64,000 bases of DNA. Origin: Alkalispirochaeta sp. (GTDB lineage Bacteria; Spirochaetota; Spirochaetia; DSM-27196; Alkalispirochaetaceae). The position numbers and the translations under genes were made by a program. The notes beneath the pieces are model-generated. The model was not told the DNA's origin and did not search any database. It worked only from the letters and a program-made list of their open reading frames with translations. Positions 1 to 9,986 of this stretch are shown piece after piece. Numbering within the stretch: position 1 is the stretch's first letter; each line of letters begins with the position of its first letter. The stretch lies in the NCBI GenBank assembly GCA_965242725.1, contig CBDESZ010000025.1:32001-96000 (forward strand), written 5' to 3'.

Positions 1-2039
1 AAGCCCTTGGCCGCTTCCCCTCCGAGGAGAGTATAGAAACGCTCATTCCCTATTTGGCCATGGTTTCCACAAGGGAAAGCGCCGTCGCCGCATTGACGGA
101 AATGATACGGGCTTTTCCTCCTCTTCTCCCGGAACTGGTGAGACGCTTTCGTGAGGAAACCGATAGTGAAGTCCAGAAGGGTATCGCGGAGGTGCTGGCG
201 ACACGGGGAGAACACATTCTCGAGCGGGTATTGCGGGAACAGTGGCTCGATGGGACGAGGCTTTTAGGTCTGCTGCTGTCTACCGGGAAAGCGACGGGTA
301 TTCTCTCATTTCTCAATCGAAACAATGATCCCGACGCTGAGGCCGAGGCGTGTCAGCGAATCGGCGGTGTCATCAGGGAAGACCCGGACTTGCGGGAAGA
401 GTACAGCCTCCATGCCAAGGAAAGCGTCCTGGGTGCGCTGGGGCTGGAACGACGCCATCTTTCCTCAGAAAAGGGAGAACGAATGCGGGAGAATCCGGAG
501 GCACGGGTTCTTGCGGTCGTCCTGGCGGCACTCTTTCTTCTTCCGCCTGCGTTCTATATGGCGTCGATTGCCGTCGGCGGTACCCTGTCCGGAAAAACCC
601 TCGTCGGCGAAGCCGTTTCCTATTTGGTCTGGTTCCAGGAGGTCTTTATATACTATGCCGTCGCACTGAATACTGTATATCTCATACTCCTTATAGCGGC
701 TGTTACGGAGATGCACCGTATGTCCCGTATGAAGTCGGTACGCCCCGCAGATTTTCTCTTTCGCGACGGTGTATTGCCTGCGATCAGCATCATCATGCCC
801 GCCTATAATGAGGCAAAGACGATCGTGGAGAGCGTCCACGGATTGCTCAATCTGCGATATCCTCAGTACGAAGTAATCGTGGTGAACGACGGTTCCATTG
901 ACAATACATTACAGCGACTCATTTCCGAGTTTGAACTGGAACGTACCGGTGTCTTTATCCACAGAGATCTGGAAACGCGGATAGTCCGTGGGGCTTACAG
1001 GAGTCGATCATTTCCGAGTCTCCTCGTTCTTGACAAGGCGAACGGAGGAAAGGCCGATTCTCTGAATGCAGGGATTAACGCCGCACGGTATCCCTATTAC
1101 GCCGCAATCGATGCGGATTCACTTCTTGAAAATGACGCGCTGCTGCATCTGGCGGCAAAGACGCTGGACTCGCAGGACCCGGTCGTCGCGGTCGGCGGCA
1201 GCGTACTGCCCATAAACGGCAGCCGGGTGCATCGGGGTCATATCGATTTCGTCGGACTGCCCCGGAACCGGCCGGCGCGACTTCAAATGGTGGAATATAT
1301 CCGTTCGTTTATGATCGGCCGCACCGGCTGGGCGCGTCTCAAGTCGCTGCTTATCGTTTCAGGGGCATTCGGACTCTTTAACCGTGCCGCCGTTGTGAAG
1401 GCACGGGGATATCTGACCTCCAGTGAACGACACCTCAAAGATACGGTGGCGGAGGATATGGAACTGGTTGTTCGCCTCGTCAAGGATCGTCATGAACGTG
1501 GTCGTCCCGGGACGGTTCGTTTTGCGCCGGAGGCATACTGCTGGACAGAAGTCCCGGAGTCCCTGAAATTCCTTGCCGCCCAGAGAGACCGGTGGCAGCG
1601 GGGTCTCATCGACGTCCTGTTTTTTCACCGGAAAATGGTATTCAACCGGCGATTTGGAACGGCGGGAATCTTCGGGCTGTCCTATCAGTTTATTTTTGAA
1701 ATGCTGGGTCCCTGGGTGGAGGTTCAGGCACTTGTCTTTCTGGTGATTGCCCTCGCACTGAGTGTCGTTCCGATGTATATCGTCGTCCTGGTGTTTACCG
1801 CGTCAATCGGCCTGGGAGTGCTTACGTCCCTCCTGGCGGTGCAGCTCGTAGAATGGGACGGTGTCGTTTTTTCCCGCTGGGACAGAATTCGATTGTTCCT
1901 CACCTCGATCTCGGAGAATTTCGGGTATAGACAGTTTTCAAGTTTTCTTCGCCTGAAGGGATATTTGAGTATCTTCGGGCGGCGATCGGGATGGGGAGTC
2001 ATGCGACGACAGGGATTCACCGGGAGGAATGAAACGTGA
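1..2039 (+). CDS. HEAT-repeat-like N-terminus fused to family 2 glycosyltransferase (PgaC/IcaA-like); 5' end outside window
   Basis: Frame is open to the window edge (ALGRFPSEESIETLIPYL..., HEAT-like). GT2 motifs PAYNE, VNDGSID, NGGKADSLN, IDADS, EDMEL and QRDRW; TM helices. Confidence 0.85.
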   Translation, partial: ALGRFPSEESIETLIPYLAMVSTRESAVAALTEMIRAFPPLLPELVRRFREETDSEVQKGIAEVLATRGEHILERVLREQWLDGTRLLGLLLSTGKATGILSFLNRNNDPDAEAEACQRIGGVIREDPDLREEYSLHAKESVLGALGLERRHLSSEKGERMRENPEARVLAVVLAALFLLPPAFYMASIAVGGTLSGKTLVGEAVSYLVWFQEVFIYYAVALNTVYLILLIAAVTEMHRMSRMKSVRPADFLFRDGVLPAISIIMPAYNEAKTIVESVHGLLNLRYPQYEVIVVNDGSIDNTLQRLISEFELERTGVFIHRDLETRIVRGAYRSRSFPSLLVLDKANGGKADSLNAGINAARYPYYAAIDADSLLENDALLHLAAKTLDSQDPVVAVGGSVLPINGSRVHRGHIDFVGLPRNRPARLQMVEYIRSFMIGRTGWARLKSLLIVSGAFGLFNRAAVVKARGYLTSSERHLKDTVAEDMELVVRLVKDRHERGRPGTVRFAPEAYCWTEVPESLKFLAAQRDRWQRGLIDVLFFHRKMVFNRRFGTAGIFGLSYQFIFEMLGPWVEVQALVFLVIALALSVVPMYIVVLVFTASIGLGVLTSLLAVQLVEWDGVVFSRWDRIRLFLTSISENFGYRQFSSFLRLKGYLSIFGRRSGWGVMRRQGFTGRNET

Positions 2040-2818
2040 GCAGCTATTATCACAGGACGAGTTTGCATGTCGGGATATTTCTGTTCCTTGTCATCATTTC
2101 TACCGCCGCGGAAGGTCAGGTATTCCGAAACATCACCGGGATCCGGGTGGATTCCTACTTTGACGATACCTACGGCATGACGCTGGAAAACGTATTTATC
2201 GCACCCGTCATCGAGGACCGTCTGCAGGTGCATGGGGAAGTCCGAAACGAGACGGACAATCGTTCGGGAACGGTACGCACCCTGACGGGAGTCCATGCGG
2301 GGCCGATTTTCCTTTTTACCAGACATCTCTACGGCCTGGTGGTATATGGGGGATCATTCCGGGACTCGGGAAATCTTGTACATGAGTTGCGGGGGCAATT
2401 GCACTACGAGACCGCCCGGTATCGCGTTGACGGCGGGGTTCGAGGTTTTCTCGAACCCGAGGAGGATGTGGCGTATCTCGTTGCCTCCATCGGCGGGAGG
2501 GTAGGGATCACCGAGCGGGGCGGTCTTTTTGGGAAATACTTCCTCGGCTATAACAACGACAAAGAGGTAAGCAATTCGGTCTGGATGGAAGGCGACTACC
2601 GTTTCACCCCCCGTATTTCCGCCAGATTCGGTGGAACTCTTGGTACCGGAGAAACAGACGGAACCGCTTTGGACTCTTCACTGCAGTATTCGGTCATTTC
2701 CGGCGTGTCCATGGCGCTCTCCGACCGGGTGACATTGCGCTATCAGCTCGAGTATTTCGATCAGGCGGGAAACCCGGACGGCGTCCGGAATCTCGTTCTT
2801 CTGGACTTGCGCTTTTAG
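2036..2818 (+). CDS. Outer-membrane beta-barrel protein, YaiO-like
   Basis: Signal peptide, alternating aromatic/Gly strands, C-terminal LDLRF; overlaps the GT2 stop codon (GTGA). Confidence 0.6.
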   Translation: MSSYYHRTSLHVGIFLFLVIISTAAEGQVFRNITGIRVDSYFDDTYGMTLENVFIAPVIEDRLQVHGEVRNETDNRSGTVRTLTGVHAGPIFLFTRHLYGLVVYGGSFRDSGNLVHELRGQLHYETARYRVDGGVRGFLEPEEDVAYLVASIGGRVGITERGGLFGKYFLGYNNDKEVSNSVWMEGDYRFTPRISARFGGTLGTGETDGTALDSSLQYSVISGVSMALSDRVTLRYQLEYFDQAGNPDGVRNLVLLDLRF

Positions 2819-2894
2819 GCGCCCCAATGGTCGACTCCTTTTCGATCCCATACTGATTTAATTATCTTTATGGATACGTTCGAATGGAGTAAAG

Positions 2895-4895
2895 ATGAAG
2901 ATACAAGGAATACGACCGGGTATCATCGGTCGTGGATTGATAATTTTCGGTTTCATCGCCATGTTTCTGGTGCTATGGGGGTGTGAAACGACCGGCGACG
3001 GGATTACCGGGAATGAGCGCGATGGCGGCACCGTTGCCGTCGACGGTGAACCCCGCGGCGAAGGCAACGGTGAGAGTGATCCCAACGCGGGGAGATTTGC
3101 GGCGCTGTCCTTCCCGGAGCGCGCTGAATGGGTCAACGTTGATACACCCCTTGCAATGGAGGAACTGGAGGGGCGGTACGTCCTCCTCGATTTCTGGACC
3201 TACGGCTGCATCAATTGCTATCACATGATTCCCAACCTCAACCGACTGCATGAACGGTACGACGGGAAACTGGTGGTTATCGGTGTCCATTCGGCAAAAT
3301 TTACGGAAGAACAGGATACGCGGAACATACGGGAAGCGGTGGAGCGCTATGACATTCGATATCCCGTCATCAACGACCGGGATATGACCCTGTGGCGAGG
3401 ATATGGAATCCCCGGCTGGCCGACGATTGTCCTTATCGATCCCGACGGGTATGTCGTCGGCGCCACCACGGGAGAGTGGGACTACGACCGTCTGTCGGGG
3501 CTGCTGGATCAGACCATCGACGGAGACCCCGATACAATACCCCCTGTGCTGCCGCAATTTGAACAGGCGGCAACAACACAAACTTCCGCAACGCGTCTCA
3601 GTTTTCCCCAGGGACTCGCGTACGACGAGAATACGGGATCGTTGTACGTCAGTGACAGCGGAAACAACCGCATCGTTCGACTCGATCCCGATTCCGGGAG
3701 CGTTACCGCCGTGTGGGGTACCGGTGGCGCCGGTTTGCGAGATGGTGAAGCGGTATCCGCACAGTTCAACCGTCCCCGGGGGCTCGCGATACACGACGGT
3801 GATCTGTACGTCGCAGATACGGGAAATCATGCGATCCGGAGAGTGAATATCGAGACCGGGAAAGTGGAAACCATCGTCCGCGGCGGTATCGGTGTGGACA
3901 ACGTCATACGCAGTCCCTGGGATCTTGCCGGCGACGGAAAGCGGCTCTACTTCTCGAACACCGGTCAGCACCAGATCTGGACGCTCGACCCTGAAAGCGG
4001 AGAGACCGCCGTGTATGCCGGAACCGGATACGAAGGAATCGTCGACGGCGAGGCGGATACTGCGGAGTTTGCCCAGCCCAGCGGAATTTCCTATCACGGC
4101 GGTACGCTCTACGTCGCCGACCCCGAGTCCAGCGCGGTCCGGGCGGTTGATACCGAAGCAAACGGCCGTGTCGTCACGCTCGCCGGAACGGGCCTCTTTG
4201 ATTTTGGATATCGTGACGGCAGTGTTGAAAACGCCCAGCTCATGCATGTCGGCGATGTTGAATACACGACGGAGGGTATTGTCCTCGCCGACACCTATAA
4301 CAACAGTCTTCGTCTTCTCTTCGACGGTGTCGTGAGGACGATCACCCAGGATCTGAACGAACCGATGGCGCTGGCCACAGACGGCAGGCGCGTATGGGTC
4401 GCGGACACAAACAACCACCGCATCGTTCAGACCGACATCACCCGCCTGTCCACTGGCGACGCGACGCTCGACTCGGTGGCCCTGCGTCCCGGGGATGGTG
4501 TCGACGGCGGAGCGTCCGTGCCGATTAGCTATCGCCAGGATCTTGCGAGGGGATCACTTCGATTTGCGGTGCAACTGCCTGACGGGCATAAACTGAACGA
4601 GGAGAGTCCCAACTCGCTGGTGTTTCGCGGGAGCTCCGGCGAGGAGTTGGTCTTCCCGGTGGCAAGTGAAGGGACCGAACGCCAGACGGTAACCGTTCCT
4701 TGGACACGATTACGGGAAGCGGGCGTACTGGACGATGTATCGTCACGACAGAGCGTGATGGTGGAGGGATGGTTTTACTACTGCCTTCAGGAAAACGAAG
4801 AGATTTGCCGCTTTTTCTCCACAGAACTTCAGCTGCTCCTGGAAGACGATCCCGGCAACAGCGCGGACGCGACCCTTCCGATCGACATCGGGTAG
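2895..4895 (+). CDS. Thioredoxin-like domain + NHL beta-propeller lipoprotein (NHLRC2/SOQ1-like)
   Basis: Lipobox LVLWGC; DFWTYGCINC and GVHSAKF; repeated LYVADTGNH-type NHL repeats; C-terminal YYC..EEIC strand domain. Confidence 0.85.
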   Translation: MKIQGIRPGIIGRGLIIFGFIAMFLVLWGCETTGDGITGNERDGGTVAVDGEPRGEGNGESDPNAGRFAALSFPERAEWVNVDTPLAMEELEGRYVLLDFWTYGCINCYHMIPNLNRLHERYDGKLVVIGVHSAKFTEEQDTRNIREAVERYDIRYPVINDRDMTLWRGYGIPGWPTIVLIDPDGYVVGATTGEWDYDRLSGLLDQTIDGDPDTIPPVLPQFEQAATTQTSATRLSFPQGLAYDENTGSLYVSDSGNNRIVRLDPDSGSVTAVWGTGGAGLRDGEAVSAQFNRPRGLAIHDGDLYVADTGNHAIRRVNIETGKVETIVRGGIGVDNVIRSPWDLAGDGKRLYFSNTGQHQIWTLDPESGETAVYAGTGYEGIVDGEADTAEFAQPSGISYHGGTLYVADPESSAVRAVDTEANGRVVTLAGTGLFDFGYRDGSVENAQLMHVGDVEYTTEGIVLADTYNNSLRLLFDGVVRTITQDLNEPMALATDGRRVWVADTNNHRIVQTDITRLSTGDATLDSVALRPGDGVDGGASVPISYRQDLARGSLRFAVQLPDGHKLNEESPNSLVFRGSSGEELVFPVASEGTERQTVTVPWTRLREAGVLDDVSSRQSVMVEGWFYYCLQENEEICRFFSTELQLLLEDDPGNSADATLPIDIG

Positions 4896-4911
4896 GGGAG
4901 CGGCACGGCAA

Positions 4912-5946
4912 TTACATATAGCCGGCAGCGGGGAAGAGTCCCTCCTTCGTGAGGCGGTCCCGAGCGGTGGCGAGGAGCTTCTCCGGGAGGCGACTACCGC
5001 TGTGGGTCATCGGCGGCGGTTGGGTATGTGCCGACGGGCCCCACGCAAAAAAATGGTCTATCGCCTTGTTGGCATTGGCAAAGGGATTGCCGAACTCAAG
5101 AATTGCGGCATCCTGAAATACCGCACTGACGACCCGTGTAATGCGGTCGGACAGCGCGTCGGCCGCGGCGATATCGCCTTCCGCGATGAGTTGTATCATT
5201 CGTGAAAGGGGCTCGGCAAAACAGTTCGCCGTGCTGAGGAGAAAACCGTCGTAGGAACCGCCGTTTGACCTGATCCAGCTGGAGTAGTCTCCCTCAGCCC
5301 CGCGGACAAGGTAGAGATCGGCAAGATCTGCACCGGAACGCACGACACGGTCTTCGCCACTGGTATCCTTCATCATGTAGACATTGGGGAACTCTGCGAC
5401 CAGCGCCGCCACCGTCTCCGGTGACATTTCGTTTTCCGTTATCTGCGGCAGCTGGTAAATCGCCAGGGGGACGCCGGTTTGCGCTATGGCGGACAGTTCA
5501 CCGTGGATATTCTCCCGGGAGAGTTCCTTCCCTTTGGGAGGCGTCACGGTGAAACCGCAGATGTGTTTCTTTGCGAGGGCGGACACATCGGCGTTTCCGG
5601 CGGTATGCCGCTGGAGAATCGACGTAATGGCGGGGATGACGCTTCCCCGTTGAGTACGGAGGATACCGACCATCAGTGAGAAGTCCTGTGCCGCCGCCTC
5701 CTCGATGAGAAAATCGATGAGGGCATCCGACTCCTCCGGGGGCATCTCCCATCCGTCACCGGTAGAACCGGGAGCGAGAAAAGCGGGGACCCACCGTCGC
5801 ATGTGTCGAATGTGGGCGGACATGCGCGCCGTGTCTATTTCTCCGACTGAGGTGTAGTGGGTGAGCAGGGGGCACCACAGCGTCGGCACGCCTCCCGGGA
5901 AAAGGGTGGCGATCATGTCGCGTCGTCCTATTGTCTTGCCATTCAT
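4912..5946 (-). CDS. Dihydrodipicolinate synthase/N-acetylneuraminate lyase family protein
   Basis: PGSTGDG, catalytic-type IYQLP and MKDTSG motifs. Confidence 0.8.
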   Translation of the reverse strand: MNGKTIGRRDMIATLFPGGVPTLWCPLLTHYTSVGEIDTARMSAHIRHMRRWVPAFLAPGSTGDGWEMPPEESDALIDFLIEEAAAQDFSLMVGILRTQRGSVIPAITSILQRHTAGNADVSALAKKHICGFTVTPPKGKELSRENIHGELSAIAQTGVPLAIYQLPQITENEMSPETVAALVAEFPNVYMMKDTSGEDRVVRSGADLADLYLVRGAEGDYSSWIRSNGGSYDGFLLSTANCFAEPLSRMIQLIAEGDIAAADALSDRITRVVSAVFQDAAILEFGNPFANANKAIDHFFAWGPSAHTQPPPMTHSGSRLPEKLLATARDRLTKEGLFPAAGYM

Positions 5947-6031
5947 ACGAAAAACTGTACCACGGAAATGGGAAGGGAGCCACCGCGGCGACGGGGAGCT
6001 CCGGGCTGCCCGAGACGGCGCATCCGCCGCC

Positions 6032-6847
6032 CTATGGAAAGAACCGTCGGGCGATTTCCTCTATCGCGCCGTCGTCGGCACTTCGCTCAAGAACGATATC
6101 CGCCGCCTCCTTCACGGCATCGACGGCGTTGGCCACCGCAACTCCGAGGCCGGCGGTCTGGATCATCTCTATGTCGTTATAGCTGTCGCCGACCGCAATC
6201 GTCTCTTCAATGGGTATACCGAGCTTTTCCGCAAGGGTACGCAGAGCCGTTCCCTTGCTTGCGCCGGAGTTGAGAAATTCGATGTAGTGTGGTTTGGAAC
6301 GGGTGACACGAAACCGCCCGTCGCTGAGACGGCTGAGCGCAGTGAGGTGCTCCTCAATTGTTGTGGGGTCGTGAATCGCGAGAAGTTTCGGCGTCCTGTC
6401 ACCCACGGTCGAATGCAGGTCGGCGGTCATCCTGAGATTCATGCCCGTCGATTCAGCGTAGTCCGCACCATATTGCTCTGCATTTGTTCCGTCGCCCTGA
6501 GTGTACACGTCGCCTCCGGCGTAACCCTGAAGGTGGAGCCGGTGCTCCCGGGCGTAGGCGATGATTTCCTGAATGACGTCGGTTCCCAGGGGCCACTCAA
6601 AAAGAGGGGTTCCCGATCGGGCCTGCACGACCTGCGCTCCGTTGTATGTAATAAGGTATTCGTCGTCGGCCAGTTCTATGATGCGCGAAACGAGGCGCTG
6701 CATGCTTTCCGTCGCCCGTCCCGAGCTGAAGACGACGGTGATACCGCGTCGATGAAGTTCTTCCAGGGCGCGGTGATTTGCCTCCGGTAAAGAACCGTCG
6801 GCGGCGAGGATTGTGTCGTCAATGTCCGTTGCCAGTAAGCGATACAT
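6032..6847 (-). CDS. Cof-type HAD-IIB hydrolase
   Basis: ATDIDDT, SSGR, SKG and GDSYNDIEM motifs. Confidence 0.9.
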   Translation of the reverse strand: MYRLLATDIDDTILAADGSLPEANHRALEELHRRGITVVFSSGRATESMQRLVSRIIELADDEYLITYNGAQVVQARSGTPLFEWPLGTDVIQEIIAYAREHRLHLQGYAGGDVYTQGDGTNAEQYGADYAESTGMNLRMTADLHSTVGDRTPKLLAIHDPTTIEEHLTALSRLSDGRFRVTRSKPHYIEFLNSGASKGTALRTLAEKLGIPIEETIAVGDSYNDIEMIQTAGLGVAVANAVDAVKEAADIVLERSADDGAIEEIARRFFP

Positions 6848-6983
6848 GAATTGATTCTACGTGCCCGGCAGACCGGGGACAAGTGGGACCCGGGAGTATT
6901 CAGAAGCGTGTTGAAATTCGGGGCTCACTTCTTTGCAGGAAAGGCACTTGGAACTATCCGGTAAAGCCGGGTACGATCGCCTC

Positions 6984-7826
6984 ATGACGGCCCAGGGAAT
7001 AATAGTCAAAATGCCCGTCCACCTGGACGAGGGGAGCGCCCGGTATACACTTCGTCTGGAACAGCCGCGGCCGTCCGCGGGAGCGGAGCCGGCGGGTTAT
7101 CAGGAGATCTCCCTCAATGAACTTGTGGGCAACGATATAACGATCGTTCACACCGGAGGATATACCTGTACGCGCTGCGGACGATCCGTGGACAAACTGT
7201 TCGGGGAAGGATTCTGCTTCCCCTGTTTTCGTGATGCACCGGAAGCGGGAGAGTGTATCGTCAGGCCCGAGTTATGCGAGGCACACCTGGGAGGCGGGAG
7301 AGACCCCCAATGGGAGCAGGAGCACCACCATCAACCGCACGCCGTCTATCTCGCGGTGACAAGCGCCGTCAAGGTGGGGGTCACCCGGGCGACCCAAATA
7401 CCGACCCGCTGGATCGATCAGGGAGCTGCGTGGGCGGTTCAGATTGCCGACGTCCCGTACCGGCAGTTGGCCGGGCGCATCGAGGTGGCCCTGAAGGCGC
7501 TCTACACCGACCGCACCGCGTGGCAACGCATGTTAAAGGGGGAAACCCTGGACGGTGTCGATCTTGCCGCCGAAGGGCGAAAAATTGCCGGGCACCTGGA
7601 CGCCGAACTTGTTCCGTACCTTATCGCCGTCGATCAGCTCCGGCGTATCGACATAAGGTATCCGATCCGGACGGCGCCTCCAAAGGTTCGGTCCACGGGA
7701 TTGCAGAAAAACCCCGTCATTTCCGGACGGCTGGAGGGGATTCGGGGGCAATACCTGATTCTGGACGGCGGGAAGGTCGTGAATGTTCGGCGCCATTCAG
7801 GGTATGTCGTGAGCGTGACGGTATGA
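6984..7826 (+). CDS. DUF2797 family zinc-binding protein
   Basis: CxxC...CFPCF...C..RPELC; KVGVTR..QIPTRWIDQGA; GIRGQYLI. Start placed at ATG 6984. Confidence 0.8.
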   Translation: MTAQGIIVKMPVHLDEGSARYTLRLEQPRPSAGAEPAGYQEISLNELVGNDITIVHTGGYTCTRCGRSVDKLFGEGFCFPCFRDAPEAGECIVRPELCEAHLGGGRDPQWEQEHHHQPHAVYLAVTSAVKVGVTRATQIPTRWIDQGAAWAVQIADVPYRQLAGRIEVALKALYTDRTAWQRMLKGETLDGVDLAAEGRKIAGHLDAELVPYLIAVDQLRRIDIRYPIRTAPPKVRSTGLQKNPVISGRLEGIRGQYLILDGGKVVNVRRHSGYVVSVTV

Positions 7827-7850
7827 TCGCGACGCCGCGCCCGTCGCGGG

Positions 7851-8345
7851 TCAGGCGGCTTCAAGAATCGGGCCGATGCCCGGGAGTTCGCGGACGAGGT
7901 TGCAGAAATCCTGCCAGTGACCGGCGTTGTAGTGACCCCGTTCCTCCAGAATCTCGTGAATCGTTTCCATCGTTGTGTGCACGACACCGGTACGAATGAA
8001 GCTGTCCGGCAATTGCGTGAGCATGGTCCCCCGCTTCCCGTCGCGAATAAGTGAATTCAGGTGTTCAAGCAACGTTTCCGGGAGGTTCACCTCAAAATCG
8101 TCCTGGGTGAGTCTGCGTTGGTCGTCTTCTACTTCGGGATGGCTCCGCAACCACACGACGTCGTGAAAATAGTTTTTTCCCTGCTTCCACCAGCTGACGG
8201 GACCCCGAATCTGGAGGGTGAGCGTTATTTCCCAGTAGGCGACGCCGTTATAGGTGAGGCGTCCGTCCCGGCGGGCAATGACGCTCGGTTGTTTCGGTGA
8301 AGATGCGCCGTGAGGTCCGTCCTGGAGGATCACCTCGAGTTTCAT
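7851..8345 (-). CDS. Hypothetical protein, degenerate ThyX-fold-like
   Basis: IRGPVSWWKQ, LPDSF, R.H...W.DFC..V.ELP pattern; follows the DUF2148 gene by 17 nt. Confidence 0.5.
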   Translation of the reverse strand: MKLEVILQDGPHGASSPKQPSVIARRDGRLTYNGVAYWEITLTLQIRGPVSWWKQGKNYFHDVVWLRSHPEVEDDQRRLTQDDFEVNLPETLLEHLNSLIRDGKRGTMLTQLPDSFIRTGVVHTTMETIHEILEERGHYNAGHWQDFCNLVRELPGIGPILEAA

Positions 8346-8362
8346 CTGTCCCGGCCTCTCCG

Positions 8363-8878
8363 TTAACGGTCGAAATAGGGGCTTTTCCCCTCAGCGGACA
8401 GGGGAATACCCATAACAAAGTCCGCGTCGATCATTCCCATGCGTCGCGCGCTCACGCCGATGCGATACATGACGCGATTGTCGACATTCATCAATTGGGC
8501 CGTCTTGACGGCGCTTCCGATTGCAATTCCCATATCAAGAAGCCGTACCGCACACTGGGGGCCGAGAAACTCTCCGTTTTGCTCTCCCGTATTGATTTTG
8601 AGACAGACCGGATGGCCGCATGCTGCGCAGTTGATCCCGGGCGGCGTGGCGTCCTTGAGGCCGACGAGGACTACCGCGGAGGATCGCCGGACGTTCTCGC
8701 CGTCGCGATCGAAGTTCTTCTTCCCCGATTCCTCGCCATAGGCGATCATATCGTCGGCAAGGTTCTTCACATCATCGCCGGAGACCGTCCTGGTGACGAC
8801 GTAGTTCTTACCGACCGCCTTGGGAGCCGTTATCGCGGAGACTTCCATCAATTCCGCCACCGTCTGCAATGCCTTCAT
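8363..8878 (-). CDS. DUF2148 family ferredoxin/nitroreductase-like protein
   Basis: AITAPKA, CAACGHPVC, C...LDMGIAIGSA, VDNRVMY and GKSPYFDR. Confidence 0.85.
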   Translation of the reverse strand: MKALQTVAELMEVSAITAPKAVGKNYVVTRTVSGDDVKNLADDMIAYGEESGKKNFDRDGENVRRSSAVVLVGLKDATPPGINCAACGHPVCLKINTGEQNGEFLGPQCAVRLLDMGIAIGSAVKTAQLMNVDNRVMYRIGVSARRMGMIDADFVMGIPLSAEGKSPYFDR

Positions 8879-8923
8879 CGTTCCTCCAGTTTTTGTGCGT
8901 GCTGTGGGCGTAGTATACGCCCC

Positions 8924-9955
8924 TTATGCCGGGCTATCAACATGACGTGTCCAGAGGAGACCGCATGCGGCGTTGATATCCTGACCCCGGGAACGGCGAA
9001 TCGACGTGGGGAATCCCTTCTGCCGTAACGCATCGGCAAACTCCTCCATCCGTTCCGGCGACGCCGGCTGGAGGGGTGTCTTCGGAATGGGGTGGAAGGG
9101 TATGAGGTTAATGCGAACCCTCAGACCGTTGAGGAGTTTTGCGATTCCATCCACATGTCGCCGGGTATCGTTGAAGCCGGAAAACATTGTGTACTCAAAT
9201 GAAATCCGTCGCGATGTGTCTTCCCGCCGGGTGCGGATGAGCCGCATCGTTTCGGAAATGGGATTCCCGATTTCCACCGGCATGATTCGCTTTCGTTCCT
9301 CGGGAAAGGGGTTGTGAAGGCTGACCGCGAGATTGGCGTCGCAGGAGTCAAGAAACCGCTCAAGGTGGGGATGGATTCCGACGGTGGAGAGGGTCACTTT
9401 CCGGGGCGAGAGGTTGTATCCGTCGGGATCGGTAAAGAGAGCGAGACTTCCCAGCGTTTCATCCGGATTGTCCAGGGGTTCACCCATGCCCATATACACG
9501 ATATTGGAGACGCGATCCCGCTCGGGAACGCTGTGGTACTGATTCACGATCTCCCCTGCCGAAAGGTTTCCCTGAAACCCCTGCCGCGCCGTCTGGCAGA
9601 AAGTGCAGCTTCTTCGGCAGCCTACCTGCGTGGAGATGCACAACGTTACCCGCTTCCCCTCGGGAATCATCGCCGTTTCCACGAATCCGCCGTGGAGGGT
9701 GGGGAAGAGGTATTTTTTCGTTCCGTCGGCGCTTTCATTCACCCGTGCCGCTGGGGTCGCACCGATCACGTGGTGTTCTCCCATTGCCGAACGCAGGACG
9801 CCGGGAAGGTTCTCCATCTGGTCGAAGGTGGTGACGCCGTGGTGGTAGAGCCAGTGATACAGTTGTCGCGCCCGAAATGCGGGGTATCCCAGGGCGGTCA
9901 CCGTCTGTTCGATGTCCCCGGCGGATTGCCCCAGGAGGGGAGTCAAAGCATCCAT
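8924..9955 (-). CDS. rlmN: 23S rRNA (adenine2503-C2)/tRNA methyltransferase RlmN
   Basis: Radical SAM CRRSCTFC; MGMGEP, SLH, NLIPFH and DINAACGLL. Start placed at MDALTP (9955). Confidence 0.93.
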   Translation of the reverse strand: MDALTPLLGQSAGDIEQTVTALGYPAFRARQLYHWLYHHGVTTFDQMENLPGVLRSAMGEHHVIGATPAARVNESADGTKKYLFPTLHGGFVETAMIPEGKRVTLCISTQVGCRRSCTFCQTARQGFQGNLSAGEIVNQYHSVPERDRVSNIVYMGMGEPLDNPDETLGSLALFTDPDGYNLSPRKVTLSTVGIHPHLERFLDSCDANLAVSLHNPFPEERKRIMPVEIGNPISETMRLIRTRREDTSRRISFEYTMFSGFNDTRRHVDGIAKLLNGLRVRINLIPFHPIPKTPLQPASPERMEEFADALRQKGFPTSIRRSRGQDINAACGLLWTRHVDSPA

Positions 9956-9986
9956 GCACGTACCATCCCGTTCCCGCACCGTTCTG

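Noticed and set aside
2973..4418. 481-aa antisense ORF, and similar ones at 5861-6790, 55239-56417 and 56086-57147
   Set aside because: They fully overlap well-supported genes on the opposite strand, as expected in high-GC DNA.
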